DNA of 63,589 bases, counting the filler, from Octopus bimaculoides (lineage: Eukaryota): the NCBI RefSeq assembly GCF_001194135.2. It is 4 parts of 4 records of this genome, joined end to end, with 100 filler letters (N's around TTAATTAATTAA, not from the genome) between each part and the next. Parts side by side here need not be neighbours in the genome. Positions count along the whole stretch, not along the records: positions 1 to 28,330 come from NC_068981.1; 3 more parts are not named here. One strand, 5' to 3'. Made by a program: the position numbers and the translations under genes. The notes beneath the pieces are model-generated. The model was not told the DNA's origin. It saw only the letters and a list, made by a program, of their open reading frames with translations, and made no database searches. Shown piece by piece: positions 1 to 11,500 of this stretch; position 1 is the stretch's first letter; each line of letters begins with the position of its first letter.

Positions 1-700
1 CTTTTTGAAAAGCAAGTAAGAGAGTTTTTTTGTGGGTTGCAAGCATTGTGGGGGAAAAAAAGAAAGAAAACGGTGAAGAAGGGACTGAAGATGTTGGAGG
101 AAGGAGTGGAGGTCAGGCATGGTGAGAGGATGTGAATGTCGGTGTGGGTGTTATTGGTGGCGAGAAAAGGGAAGGACGAGATAGGTAGAAGGAGAACGAG
201 AAAAAGTGGAAGAGTCACGGACAAATTATACTGATATCCAATCAGCAGTAATCCAACAGGAACAGTAATCCGAAGGTACAAGAATTCCAGGAATTGGGTA
301 CTCCAAGTTCAGTTGAAAGGCCGGGATCCGTTTGAACGTGCGTTATATAGTGAGTTCAAAAAAGAAAAACAACAAAAAACAACGCGAGGACGTGATACAG
401 ATATTGTGTTACGGGACGCTCAGGAAAGGAAAGAAAGAGAATTTGACGTTTCGAGTGAGCTCTTCGTCGGAAATATAGGAAAGTCCAAAGGGAAGACGGA
501 GGAAGTAAGAATCGCCAAACATATACACGAGGTTAGATTGTGGAATGACCGGAAGGGAAAGGGTGGAAAAAAAGTTCTTTCTAAGACAGGAGAGTGCAAG
601 AGAGGAAGGTAAGTATGAGTCCGTGTGTGTGTAATAGCAGAACGTGTATGTGTGTGTGGTTTGGCTGTTTATCTGTTAGTGTGTGTGATATCTATCTATT

Positions 701-758
<58 letters not shown>

Positions 759-948
759 AAGTAATAATGAGTGAATGAGAATAAAGATGAAGAGTTAAAA
801 AAGCATAAAAATAATTGAAAATGAAACAAAATTGAAGGCAAAACACTAAAAATTATTGAAAGTGGGTACAAATAAACACTACGTAGTATAGTAGTACTAT
901 GCTAGGGTATCTGTAGAAAGTTGAATGTGATTTCGGAAAATAACGAGG

Positions 949-1480
949 TAAAATTCCGATCTTGCGAATTTTCCGAAAGTCCTTCGCCACCTCAAGATTT
1001 TCCCCACAAATTACTTTATAATCGTAATGTATGCCTTTTGAAAGGNNNNNNNNNNNNNNNNNNNNNNNNNNNNNNNNNNNNNNNNNNNNNNNNNNNNNNN
1101 NNNNNNNNNNNNNNNNNNNNNNNNNNNNNNNNNNNNNNNNNNNNNNNNNNNNNNNNNNNNNNNNNNNNNNNNNNNNNNNNNNNNNNNNNNNNNNNNNNNN
1201 NNNNNNNNNNNNNNNNNNNNNNNNNNNNNNNNNNNNNNNNNNNNNNNNNNNNNNNNNNNNNNNNNNNNNNNNNNNNNNNNNNNNNNNNNNNNNNNAAAAA
1301 CCCCCATTTTCCTAAAAATTACAAGGGAAAAACTCGGATCTTGTGAATTTTCTGAGGTACTCTCCCCACCCCTTGGAAAAGATTTTCCACACAAATTTCT
1401 TTATAATCGTAATGTATGCCGTTTGAAAGATATTTCTATGAATTTTCATCGAAAAAAAAACTCCCATTTTCCCAGTATTT
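949..1480 (+). repeat. Tandem repeat of about 155-160-bp unit straddling an N gap
   Basis: aaaattccgatcttgcgaatttt...ttctttataatcgtaatgtatgcc at 949-1045 recurs at 1328-1430; aaaaacccccatttt at 1296 recurs at about 1455. Confidence 0.7.
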
Positions 1481-1957
1481 GTTTTGGATTTTCATTTCCG
1501 GGTCAAGATGTAAACATTAACCCAATGTTTTTCAACTCACTACATTACATACGTGAGACCCAACTGTATATATTTATTATGCAGAAAGCTCAAGATTATT
1601 TTGTCATGACTTAAGTTTTAATTCAGAGGGATCTTCTCCGAGACAAGCCATCATCACCATGGCTAACGAGCACAAATCTATCCATTTTCACAATGGACTT
1701 GTAACATGCTCCTTTACTATTCCAAGTATATCTAAGGCCCCGTACTCAAAGATTTTGTGTTTGTCCTGTTACATTTCTTGCAACCTACCTCGACTATAAT
1801 TGTTATTGAACGGGCAACCGTCGTTACGATACCAAGGTTTATAATAATAAATAAATAATTCAATAATATTCAATCACAAAAACATTTAAAAATAACAATA
1901 AGAATTTTAATAGTTTAAAACGGACAACAACGTTGTAATTTATATACTTAACCAGGT

Positions 1958-2319
1958 GGAGGCGCAATGGCCCAGTGGTCATAGGATCGCGGTTTCGATT
2001 CCCAGACCGGGCGTTGTGAGTGTTTATTGAGCGAAAACACCTAAAGCTCCAGAGGCTCCGGCAGGGGATGGTGGCGAACCCTGCTGTACTCTTTCACCAC
2101 AACTTTCTCTCACTCTTTCTTCCTGTTTCTGTTGTGCCTGTAATTCAAAGGGTCAGCCTTGTCACACTGTGTCACGCTGAATAACCCCGAGAACTACATT
2201 AAGGGTACAGGTGTCTGTGGAGTGCTCAGCCACTTGCACGTTAATTTCACGAGCAGGCTGTTCCGTTGATTGGATCAACTGGAACCCTCGACGTTGTAAG
2301 CGACGGAGTGCCAACAACA
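1958..2319 (+). mobile_element. tRNA-derived SINE with (CAA)n tail and 12-bp target-site duplication
   Basis: A-box-like TGGCCCAGTGG and B-box-like GGTTTCGATTCC; TSD ACTTAACCAGGT at 1946-1957 and 2320-2331. Confidence 0.85.
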
Positions 2320-3284
2320 ACTTAACCAGGTAACGTTTTTGCAAGAGAAGAATTTGATATAAATACGTCACACCTATAAAGGGAGAGTAGTCAATTTGTA
2401 TAATTGCAACGATTCTACCTCTGTTGGGAGAGTGTCGCGGTTATTTAAAATGGAGTTTACAAATTTGGAGACAGTCTTATTTTAGTGAGAAATTTGCGTA
2501 CTTTTCGCCAGATTTCAACGGATTTAGTTTAATATATATGAAGTTCTGCTGGTATATATATTTATTTTTTTAATCATTTGTGTGTGTATTTACAGTGGAT
2601 ATTGTTATTTGTCTTTAATAACGAAATATTCACTTATTAAACAGCATTGTTTTTGTTTTGGCATATTTTGGATTTATATTGTCGCTATTTTTATATATTT
2701 ATTTGTTTCAGCCAAGTGGCTGTGGTCATGCTGGAGCACCACCGCTATGTTGGATTTTTAAAACTTGTTTCACCGTTAAAAAATTCTTTCTGTCTCTTGT
2801 TATCTCAAACAATATCATTACAAGATATTTCACTATCTCATGTTAGTTATTAATTCGGTATACCATTAATTCAACTAATTCTTATTTAAATTTGGCTGCG
2901 GAGTTTTTATAATTCATTTAATAAACAAGCGTATTATTTATATATATTACACGAGTGAACGGAAATAGTCAAAAGGGGCAAAAAAGCATACTTCATTTAA
3001 ATGCTATAAATAATTGTTGAAGTAAAACTTTAAGTTGCTTGTTAACTGACAATGTATAGACATATATACAATGAAAATACAATCGTAAAATGGCATTATA
3101 TATATGAGAAAAAAGGTTTAGTTTTATCCAATATCTTAAAACAGTGAAACACAAAATATTAATTCAGTCATGTACTGAAATGCATGGTATTACTTGCATA
3201 TTTATGGCTTTTAGTGTCGAAAAGAATGGTTCAATTGACATTACGAAGAAATCTCGACAGTCTTGATTGAGGCTGCCCCGTCCG

Positions 3285-3815
3285 CGAATTTTTTCCCCAC
3301 AAGATTTTCGAACCCCAGTAATGAACTCATTTGCTTACAGCCATTCGGAGCTCACCTTCATCTTGTTGCCAAGTTTACAAATACACTCTACCAAGTAAAC
3401 TCAAGACGAAGAACGGTGTTGTAAGTCGACCAATCGCCAAATTATGCCTGATTTCAGAAGGAGACAAGTAATTAGATTTACATCTATACCTATTAACGGA
3501 TTTTGTTAGGGTTCCAAATAGTAAAGATGTGGATTGGAGAAAAATGTGGGTAGAGGGTGATGTGCTAGCAACCCTCTCCCTTTACAAAGTAAACAACAAC
3601 ACAAATAACTACGCAGAGGCAGCCATGGTTCAAACAAGAACAACAAGCATTCTTAAAAGAGAAAAGAAACATGGTCATTCCTTACCCAAGTGACCTTATC
3701 TTATCGCCCATCACTTGTTATGCGCTCATAAATTAGTTTGATAGTTGAGTTCCGATGGGCTGTATGCAAATGAGTTCATAACTGGGGTCCGGAACTCTCG
3801 TGGGAAAACATTTCG
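3285..3815. promoter_or_regulatory. 70-bp inverted repeat pair (3285-3354 / 3746-3815), candidate promoter region or non-autonomous TIR element
   Basis: The arms are clear reverse complements with scattered mismatches, in a CpG-richer region. Arm 2 has ATGCAAAT (octamer) and CGTGGGAA. GTAAG donors lie about 60-66 nt inside each arm on opposite strands. Function is inferred only. Confidence 0.4.
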
Positions 3816-4949
3816 TGCCCCGTCCAGCAACACAAGTTTCAATGACGTTCTTGCAAGTTGCACGTAGCACCGACGAACTCTTCTTTACTTAACTCATAAA
3901 GCACTGGGATTTGCACTTACATAGCACGGACTTCTGAGCATATTTTATGAAAATGAGACTACCATGCACACATAAAAAACAAAAAAATAGTTAAAATATC
4001 TTCTTAGAATGTATTAGTGCCAAGTTTTACATCATCTGAAAAGTCATTAGTTGAACTATTAGTCCTCTCGCATTCTGAAGTGCGGGGGGGGGGGATATCA
4101 GAATGTTTGAGTGACATTAGACCCCAACAGACGCCCATAAATTAAATGTATCTGTCTGGACCATGATCGTGACCTGTGCCTGGCGGCCACGATCGTCACC
4201 TGTCGCACTTTGTGTTAAAGTGTATTGCCAACAACATCGAACTTGATAATGGTGCTTACTGTTGCTTTTTTTTTCACACTGCAACTATTAAATAACACTT
4301 GATTGAGAGATACTGGTAACCGACGAGGTTGAAGAACTTCCCTGCTTCACAAGTGTTGTTAGTACAAGCATTACTGTTGTGTAGTCTCAAACCAGTCCTG
4401 ATTGAGTGATCCTACGGAACAAGGGTAGTCTGATGAGAGACAAGGCTCGATCTTTGAGATCATCATTTCACCTTTATATCCATATCCTGTCTGCCTAGCT
4501 ATATCACTTCAACATGAAGTGGTGAATCGTAAGGCGTGCAGTATGACAGTATATTGCAATTTCATATCTGTCTCATCCATTCCCGTATACCTATAGACTG
4601 TGATGGTTGTTGGAGGTGAGCAAGAAGGATGGGGTTAAAGCACAACAGTTGTGACCCCTCCATTCATGTTGGTGGTGTGCATCTCAGCCCAGTGTTTGAA
4701 GCCAGTGACAGTATTAATGTTGCAGCTATTTCTGATAGTGTTTTTAGGATGTTGTAATGATCTGGGGTGTTGTGTAGTTTAAGTATTTGGAGGTAGCTGT
4801 CCATATAGTAACTAGAACTACAAGGATTGAAGCTGGCTACTATTACAAACTGTGTCCATTTGTTTGTCCAAATGACATTTCATTTGTTTTTAGTATATTT
4901 ACTTTATGCTGTTGGTCTGTGTACAAGATGCATAGTGCACTGTTTTGTG

Positions 4950-6420
4950 TTCTTTGTAGTATGTTGTGATCAGGGCTAGCATAATCCAGTGTTCACCACT
5001 ATTTATAGTACAGCAGTAATATGAAACCAACCGCTAGGTACTCAGTAGGACACCACAAGTGAGCCACCATAGTTTCACGTGATCGGTCTATAAATCGACC
5101 ACTCTGTTCTAAAATAAAACTGCTTGTCCCTTATAAAAACCGTTTGACATGTTGCTTGGAGGATAGATGGCTTATGACCAGAGATTTGCGCAGATGACTT
5201 CATATAATTTTGAACTGACCGCATATTGTGACAAAGATAGCTTTCTATAATTTCAGAGCAGTTTTTCTCTCTCTCCCAGCCAGCAATTATTAATATTGTT
5301 CATTGTAAACAGCCAACACCATATATCTTTATGTCCAGCAATAGATATTCATTTAAATGTTTGTATGTTTGCATCAGTTATTATTCACACAGCCAACAAA
5401 GTACATCTTCATTGGTAGCTCAACTTGAGGGACTTATAGCACCCAGCAACAAAGCTTCTTTCCATTGGCTAAGTATGGTATTTGTGCTTGTTCTGTGCTT
5501 GGTTTTGTTCTATTTACTGTGTTTTCTATGTGTGTTGTGGAGGAATTCTATCTAAGTTGAAGTATTTTTGTTTTCTCTTTTGTGTATTATATTTGTGCTG
5601 TTGAGTGCAAAGTTTGGTTCTCTGTTGCTTGTATGAAAGGAGACAGTAGATTTGGTAGGTGCCACATTAAGTTTCTTAAGGAACTTATTTTCTATGATTT
5701 AAATAGTTTGTAGTGGTTGTGCTACAGTATCTGGAGAAAGATAGGAAGATGTGTGGTACCGTGAGAGGATGGATCCTTGTGATACTTCATTACGACCGAG
5801 TTGAAGAATTTGATGAATGAATTTAGACAATCCAATTATTTTTCAACTCTCACAAATACATAACTACACACATGCACTATGACAGGTACACACACACATC
5901 CTTCTACGTTTTCATCATTTCTTGCATGAGCATTTGAGTAAATATATCTGTTAATTCTTGTTATAAATGATGTCCCATGGCTCAATGGTTAGAGCATTGG
6001 GCTCACAATCATGAGGCAGTGAGTTCAATTCCTGGGCTAGACTGTGTGTTGTGTTCCTGAGCAAGACACTTTATTTCACATTGCTCCAGTTCACTCAGCT
6101 GTAGAAATAAGTTGTGATGTCACTGGTGTCAAGCTGTATCAGCTTTTGCCTTTCCCTTGAATAACATCGGTGGTGTGTTGAGGGGAGGCTGGTATGCATG
6201 GGTGACTGCTGATCTTCCATAAGCAACCTTGCTTAGACTTGTGCTTTGGAGGAGAACTTCCTAGGTGCAATCCCATGGTCATTCATGACTGAAGGGGGTC
6301 TTTATAAGACTAAACTTTTGCGTTTTGTTGAGGTGAGGGAAGATCATGTAAGCGGATGAGAGGATAGATCCTTGTGATACTCCGTTTGGGAAATTGCAGA
6401 TTCTGGAGGTGTTGTTTTTA
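4950..6420 (-). pseudogene. Heavily decayed non-LTR retrotransposon RT fragments
   Basis: Minus-strand peptides NEVSQGSILS (about 5770-5800) and NGVSQGSILSS (about 6350-6385) resemble the RT motif GVPQGSILSP; a YRPIT segment near 5090; clade not resolvable. Confidence 0.4.
5969..6304 (+). mobile_element. tRNA-derived SINE with CORE-like central block
   Basis: A/B boxes (TGGCTCAATGG, GAGTTCAATTCC), then gtgttcctgagcaagacactttatttc resembling the CORE domain. Confidence 0.7.
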
Positions 6421-6510
6421 TGTACTGCATAAGCTTGGTGGCTAAACGAGTAGTTTGCTAGCCAGCATTTTGTATTCATTCTTTTGAAGTATTATCTCTT
6501 ATATGAACAG

Positions 6511-6669
6511 CAGGAGTGACTGTGTGGTAAGTAGCTTGCTTACCAACCACATGGTTCTGGGTTCAGTCCCACTGTGTGGCATCTTGGGCAAGTGTCTTCT
6601 ACTATAGCCTCGGGCCGACCAAAGCCTTGTGAGTGGATTTGGTAGACGGAAACTGGAAGAAGCCCGTCG
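6511..6669 (+). mobile_element. Short tRNA-derived SINE (family A), ends in (TA)n
   Basis: caggagtgactgtgtggtaag...gggttcagtcccactg...gacggaaactg; at least 10 copies in the window on both strands. Confidence 0.85.
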
Positions 6670-7417
6670 TATATATATATGTACTAGCAGTATATCCTGG
6701 TATTGCCAGGGATTAAGCTAGGATTATTAAGTGATCAAGTGCTTTATTTCAAACCAAAATAAGTAACATTGACATCAGATTTGAGCGAAATCCATTGAAA
6801 TTGGTTTGGCTGAAAATGGNNNNNNNNNNNNNNNNNNNNNNNNNNNNNNNNNNNNNNNNNNNNNNNNNNNNNNNNNNNNNNNNNNNNNNNNNNNNNNNNN
6901 NNNNNNNNNNNNNNNNNNNNNNNNNNNNNNNNNNNNNNNNNNNNNNNNNNNNNNNNNNNNNNNNNNNNNNNNNNNNNNNNNNNNNNNNNNNNNNNNNNNN
7001 NNNNNNNNNNNNNNNNNNNNNNNNNNNNNNNNNNNNNNNNNNNNNNNNNNNNNNNNNNNNNNNNNNNNNNNNNNNNNNNNNNNNNNNNNNNNNNNNNNNN
7101 NNNNNNNNNNNNNNNNNNNNNNNNNNNNNNNNNNNNNNNNNNNNNNNNNNNNNNNNNNNNNNNNNNNNNNNNNNNNNNNNNNNNNNNNNNNNNNNNNNNN
7201 NNNNNNNNNNNNNNNNNNNNNNNNNNNNNNNNNNNNNNNNNNNNNNNNNNNNNNNNNNNNNNNNNNNNNNNNNNNNNNNNNNNNNNNNNNNNNNNNNNNN
7301 NNNNNNNNNNNNNNNNNNNNNNNNNNNNNNNNNNNNNNNNNNNNNNNNNNNNNNNNNNNNNNNNNNNNNNNNNNNNNNNNNNNNNNNNNNNNNNNNNNNN
7401 NNNNNNNNNNNNNNNNN

Positions 7418-7571
7418 CTGGTGAGGATGGTTGCTAGAAACCCAGCAGGATTAAAAACAAGACCTGTTGAAAGCTCGGATGGACATGCATACGTACGTAT
7501 GCATGTCCATCCGAGCTTTCAACAGGTCTTGTTTTTAATCCTGCTGGGTTTCTAGCAACCATCCTCACCAG
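7418..7571. repeat. Perfect 154-bp palindrome (77-bp arms, no spacer) abutting a gap
   Basis: 7418-7494 is the exact reverse complement of 7495-7571; centre ATACGT|ACGTAT. Confidence 0.95.
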
Positions 7572-7934
7572 GGTAGCCTGGTGGGGGTGCCAGTTTAGTC
7601 GCCGGCAACCCGACCATGCAACAGGTTGTACTGGATTACATGTTACCAGTAGCACTTATGAGAGCCTCATACGTAAGGAGGGAATCGACACTTTTGAAAG
7701 AGCATGTATCCAGCATGAAGAACTTAAGCGAGCTGCGCGAAAGCGCACGGCTCGTAAAGTGAATGGGGAAAGCTTGGTCTGCAATGTTTGCAGTCGTGTA
7801 TGCTTGTCAAGAGCAGGGCTCATTAGCCACCAACGGAGCCGCAAATGCAAAATATAAGTTAGTCCTAGAGCGCACAATGTTCCCTGAAGGTCGGCAATGG
7901 TCTTCCTTGGTCACGAGTGGACGGCCATCATCAT
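7495..7934 (+). mobile_element. RTE-clade LINE remnant (3' end of ORF with zinc finger, (CAT)n tail), probably an internally deleted derivative
   Basis: Frame KEGIDTFERACIQHEELKRAARKR...LVCNVCSRVCLSRAGLISHQRSRKCKI* matches the C-terminal zinc-finger pattern of RTE ORFs; CATCATCAT tail at 7926-7934. Confidence 0.7.
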
Positions 7935-7956
7935 GTATGTATGTATGGCTACAGTG

Positions 7957-7987
<31 letters not shown>

Positions 7988-8477
7988 GTTGTTATGTGTG
8001 TGTGTGTGTGTGTCACTGAATCCATTCACACACAGACATACATAACCTGCATGTGTGTGTGTGTATGTGTGTGTGTGTGTCACTGTAGCCATTCATACAT
8101 ACATACATAACCTCTCTGTCTCACACTAACAGAACTTCACCACACTCTCTGTCTCGCATACTCACTATAAAAAGGAAATACAAATAATTTAAGTTATCTC
8201 TCTTTCTTTCTCTCCCTCTCTCATACATACACACCAGCAACATTACACACACACACACACACAGTGCCGAGGCCAGATAAGGAAGGAGTAGTCAAGCAAA
8301 TTTGTTCATCATAACTTAATCTTTATCTTTTCCAGGTCTTGCATGAGTTAGATGGATTTTGTTGAGGCAGATTTTGTACAGCTGGATGCCTTTCCTGTCA
8401 TCAACCTTCATTTTCCAAAATTTTATTTGTTTTTGTTTCTTTTGATTTTCTTTTCACTCTATAGAAACTCTAGAAAT

Positions 8478-8582
8478 ATGTCATCAAACACAGATCAAAA
8501 GATAAAGAAACCCGATGAAGATGTGGTTTCAAAACCACAACCTCAAAACAATGATAAACTGAGCACTAGTCCAAAATCTCTT
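8478..8582 (+). CDS. Coding exon 1 ([35 protein letters not shown])
   Basis: Acceptor ttttcactctatag ends at 8464, ATG at 8478, donor GTAAGT at 8583; phase 0. Confidence 0.8.
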
Positions 8583-11500
8583 GTAAGTATGCTACTTAAA
8601 CAACTGAATATTATTTCATTAATATTAAAGTTGTCACATATTTATTTTTGCTAAGACAATAATAAAATACATATGGTAATTCTCAAATTTTGCAATGGAA
8701 GCAGCTCTAGATTAAAATATTAATTTATATGACATAATGTATGTATATTGCAAAGAAGCTGGAGCTACAGTGTTCATCTTCAAGAAAAATCTCTTTATAA
8801 CATATTGTGTTAAAACCACAATATACTTCAGGGCTAGATAAAACTAAATGAAGGGGGTCTGCCTCAAAAAGAACTATAACCTGGAAACAACTGCAAGAGT
8901 GACAGACATGCACTTCATCACTTTTGTAGCTTGTCGATGCCACACACTTGTCTCTTCCTACATGAAAACATCTCAGCCAGTCTGAAGTATGTAGAGTCAG
9001 TGAATAAACAATTCATTGGTTTTATAGAGATGATGCAAGGCTGAATAAAATTCAAATTTTGCAATAGAAGCATCTCTAGATTAGAATTTTTATTTATATG
9101 ATATACTTTAACGCACATATATATTTGGTCAAATCAGCATGGGAAACCATTAATCCAGATGAATATTTTTTTCTCTCTCCATTTTTTCCCCTCTCTCCAT
9201 TGCTTTCTCTCCTCATTCCTTTCTGTAAAGAGTACACAGTTGTGGCCAAAAGTTTGGAACATACAGAGGTTGGACAAAATAATGGAAACGCCTTAAAATT
9301 TCAAACAAATATATTTTAATATGGGTTAGGACCACCTTTGGCAGTAATTACAGCTTGAATTCTACGAGGTATGGACTCGTACAAAGTTTGAATTGTTTTC
9401 AAAGGAATTTTTGTCTATTCTTCAGCTAAAACAGTCTCCAGTTCTTGTAGCGATGATGGCGGAGGATATCGACTCCTTACTTGTTTTTCTAAAATGCACC
9501 ATAAATGTTNNNNNNNNNNAGTCTCCAGTTCTTGTAGCGATGATGGCGGAGGATATCGACTCCTTACTTGTTTTTCTAAAATGCACCATAAATGTTCGAT
9601 AATATTGAAATCTGGGGACTATGGTGGCCAGATAAGATGTTCAACTTCACTAGAATGTTCCTTGTGTCATTCAGTAACAACTTTAGCTGTGTGAATTGGT
9701 GTGTAGCGAGGCACAAAGAAGCCAGCACCATTTTGAAATAGCAAGATCTCGCCTGCAACCATTATTTAAGGAAAAGACAACAGCATTTTCCCTCTTGTTC
9801 TTCTCACGCTGACACCATGCAAGATTTTGAAGCCAGAAGCTCACAGTGGACTTTTGTCCTGCTGTGATGCCACATGTATTGTCTCTAGAGGTTATTGAAC
9901 CTCACGTGTATGGGAGAGAAGGCTAACTACACACTATTGTGAAGATGGTTACTGAAAGCAAACCCCTTGTATGAAGCACCTGTGAATAAACGGTTATAAT
10001 AAAAGGTGGAGTAGAATAAATTTACTCCACCTGAGAACTTCATTCTTTGTATTTCCAGCTACTTGAATAAACAGAATAATTATAATAAAGAAGAAGATAC
10101 CCCCAAAGTATCATAAAAACCATCTTTCCATTATAGGTGCATTTTCATCCTGAAAGATTGTATTTCACTCTGGAAACAGTTCCGCAACCATAGGATGAAT
10201 TTGATCAGATAAAATGCTTAAATAGCCTTGACTATTAATTCTACCATGAAGGGAAACCATTGGGCCAGCGGATTTCCAAGATATAGCACCCCAGATCATC
10301 ACAGATCCTCCTCCATGTTTAACAGTTGGAAGAAGGCAGTGGAAACTGGGTTCTCGAGGTGGTCCTTAAGCTCTTCAGTAATTTTGGGAGCTGTACTTTT
10401 GTGATCCTTTTTAACAATTCACATAAGAGTGTGATGGTCCCTATCTGAAAGTTTTGGTTTTCTTCTGGAGTTTTGTTTTGACGAGGAGGTTTTTCCCTCT
10501 TTCTCAAAGGCTGTCATTACTTTTGAGACAGTACTTCTTGATACACCAAATATTTTGGCTGTTTTTGTTATACTAGCACCTGCTATACGAGCACCAACAG
10601 TTTGACCTCTTTGAAAGTTTGGTAGATCTGTCATTTTAAGGAATTTTAATTACCTTTTTCTGATAATATCTGAAGAGAAACAGCAATTTTAGGAAAACAT
10701 ATTAAGCAACACTCATAATAAATCAAAAAACATAAAAATAAACAAGCTTTTGACAGTTTTATAGATATTTCAAAATTATGATGTTATGATACTAGGTGTT
10801 TCCATTATTTTGTCCAACCCCTGTAGGTTTGGAAATAAGAATTTTTATATTAAATGCCCAATATGTGCATTGTGTATATTTGAATCGAATTGTACTTGGG
10901 CATAACAATTTTGATTTTTAAAGAAATGTTCCAAACTTTTGGCCATGACTGTAGGCTTGAAACCTGAAAGATTCTTCCATTTTTTCCTGAGTATCAAAGT
11001 AATATACCTTATTTGTTGTTCCTTCACTTGTTTCTGTCTTCTGTTTTTTTTGTATTTTGTACAATTTTGAAATATAAACACACACACATACATACATTGT
11101 TTAAAAAAATATCTTTTCTCCTTTCTTATATTTGATACTAGTTGAAACAAATTGCCAAGATAAATGAAGTACTACCGCCAAGTCATCCAGATGATTCTCC
11201 AACAATCCATTTTGTACCCTTACAAACGGTAAGTTTTTCTCTGCTACTAATTTTAATAATACATTGAGAGGCTGGGGAGGAGGAGGAGAAGGTGCAGTGT
11301 TTATTGCCATTTAGGTCTTCATAGACTAGGGTAATAAGAAACTCCATTAGCATAACTAATTTCACTTCAGATCAGCACCAACAATTTTATCTTCCATGAT
11401 CCATTCTAATATACAGCTTGTAACTTATTTTGCAGCAAGAACCAAACTGTACTGTCTTCCTAGTTTCGGAATATGCCTCACTCAAATTAATCTCACTCGA

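Larger units (their letters stand above)
9237..10951. mobile_element. Small Tc1/mariner-type MITE (about 150 bp of its own sequence) split by a nested Tc1
   Basis: TIRs CAGT(TG/CA)TGGCCAAAAGTTTGGAACAT at 9237-9262 and 10926-10951; TA follows the right end. Confidence 0.75.

Noticed and set aside
313-612. 99-aa K/R/E-rich + strand ORF ending at AG|GTAAGT
   Set aside because: No ATG and no recognisable domain; the composition follows from a purine-rich strand that is better explained as the antisense of a pyrimidine-rich leader. It cannot be fully excluded as a non-coding exon.
4430-4452. CTGATGA-GAG(acaagg)CTC-GATC, hammerhead-like
   Set aside because: The GAAA core is replaced by GATC and there is no helix I/III or GUH site; at best a dead relic or chance match
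9437-9596. Direct duplication of about 75 bp on either side of a 10-N gap
   Set aside because: Typical overlapping contig ends (assembly artefact); the Tc1 frame needs only one copy
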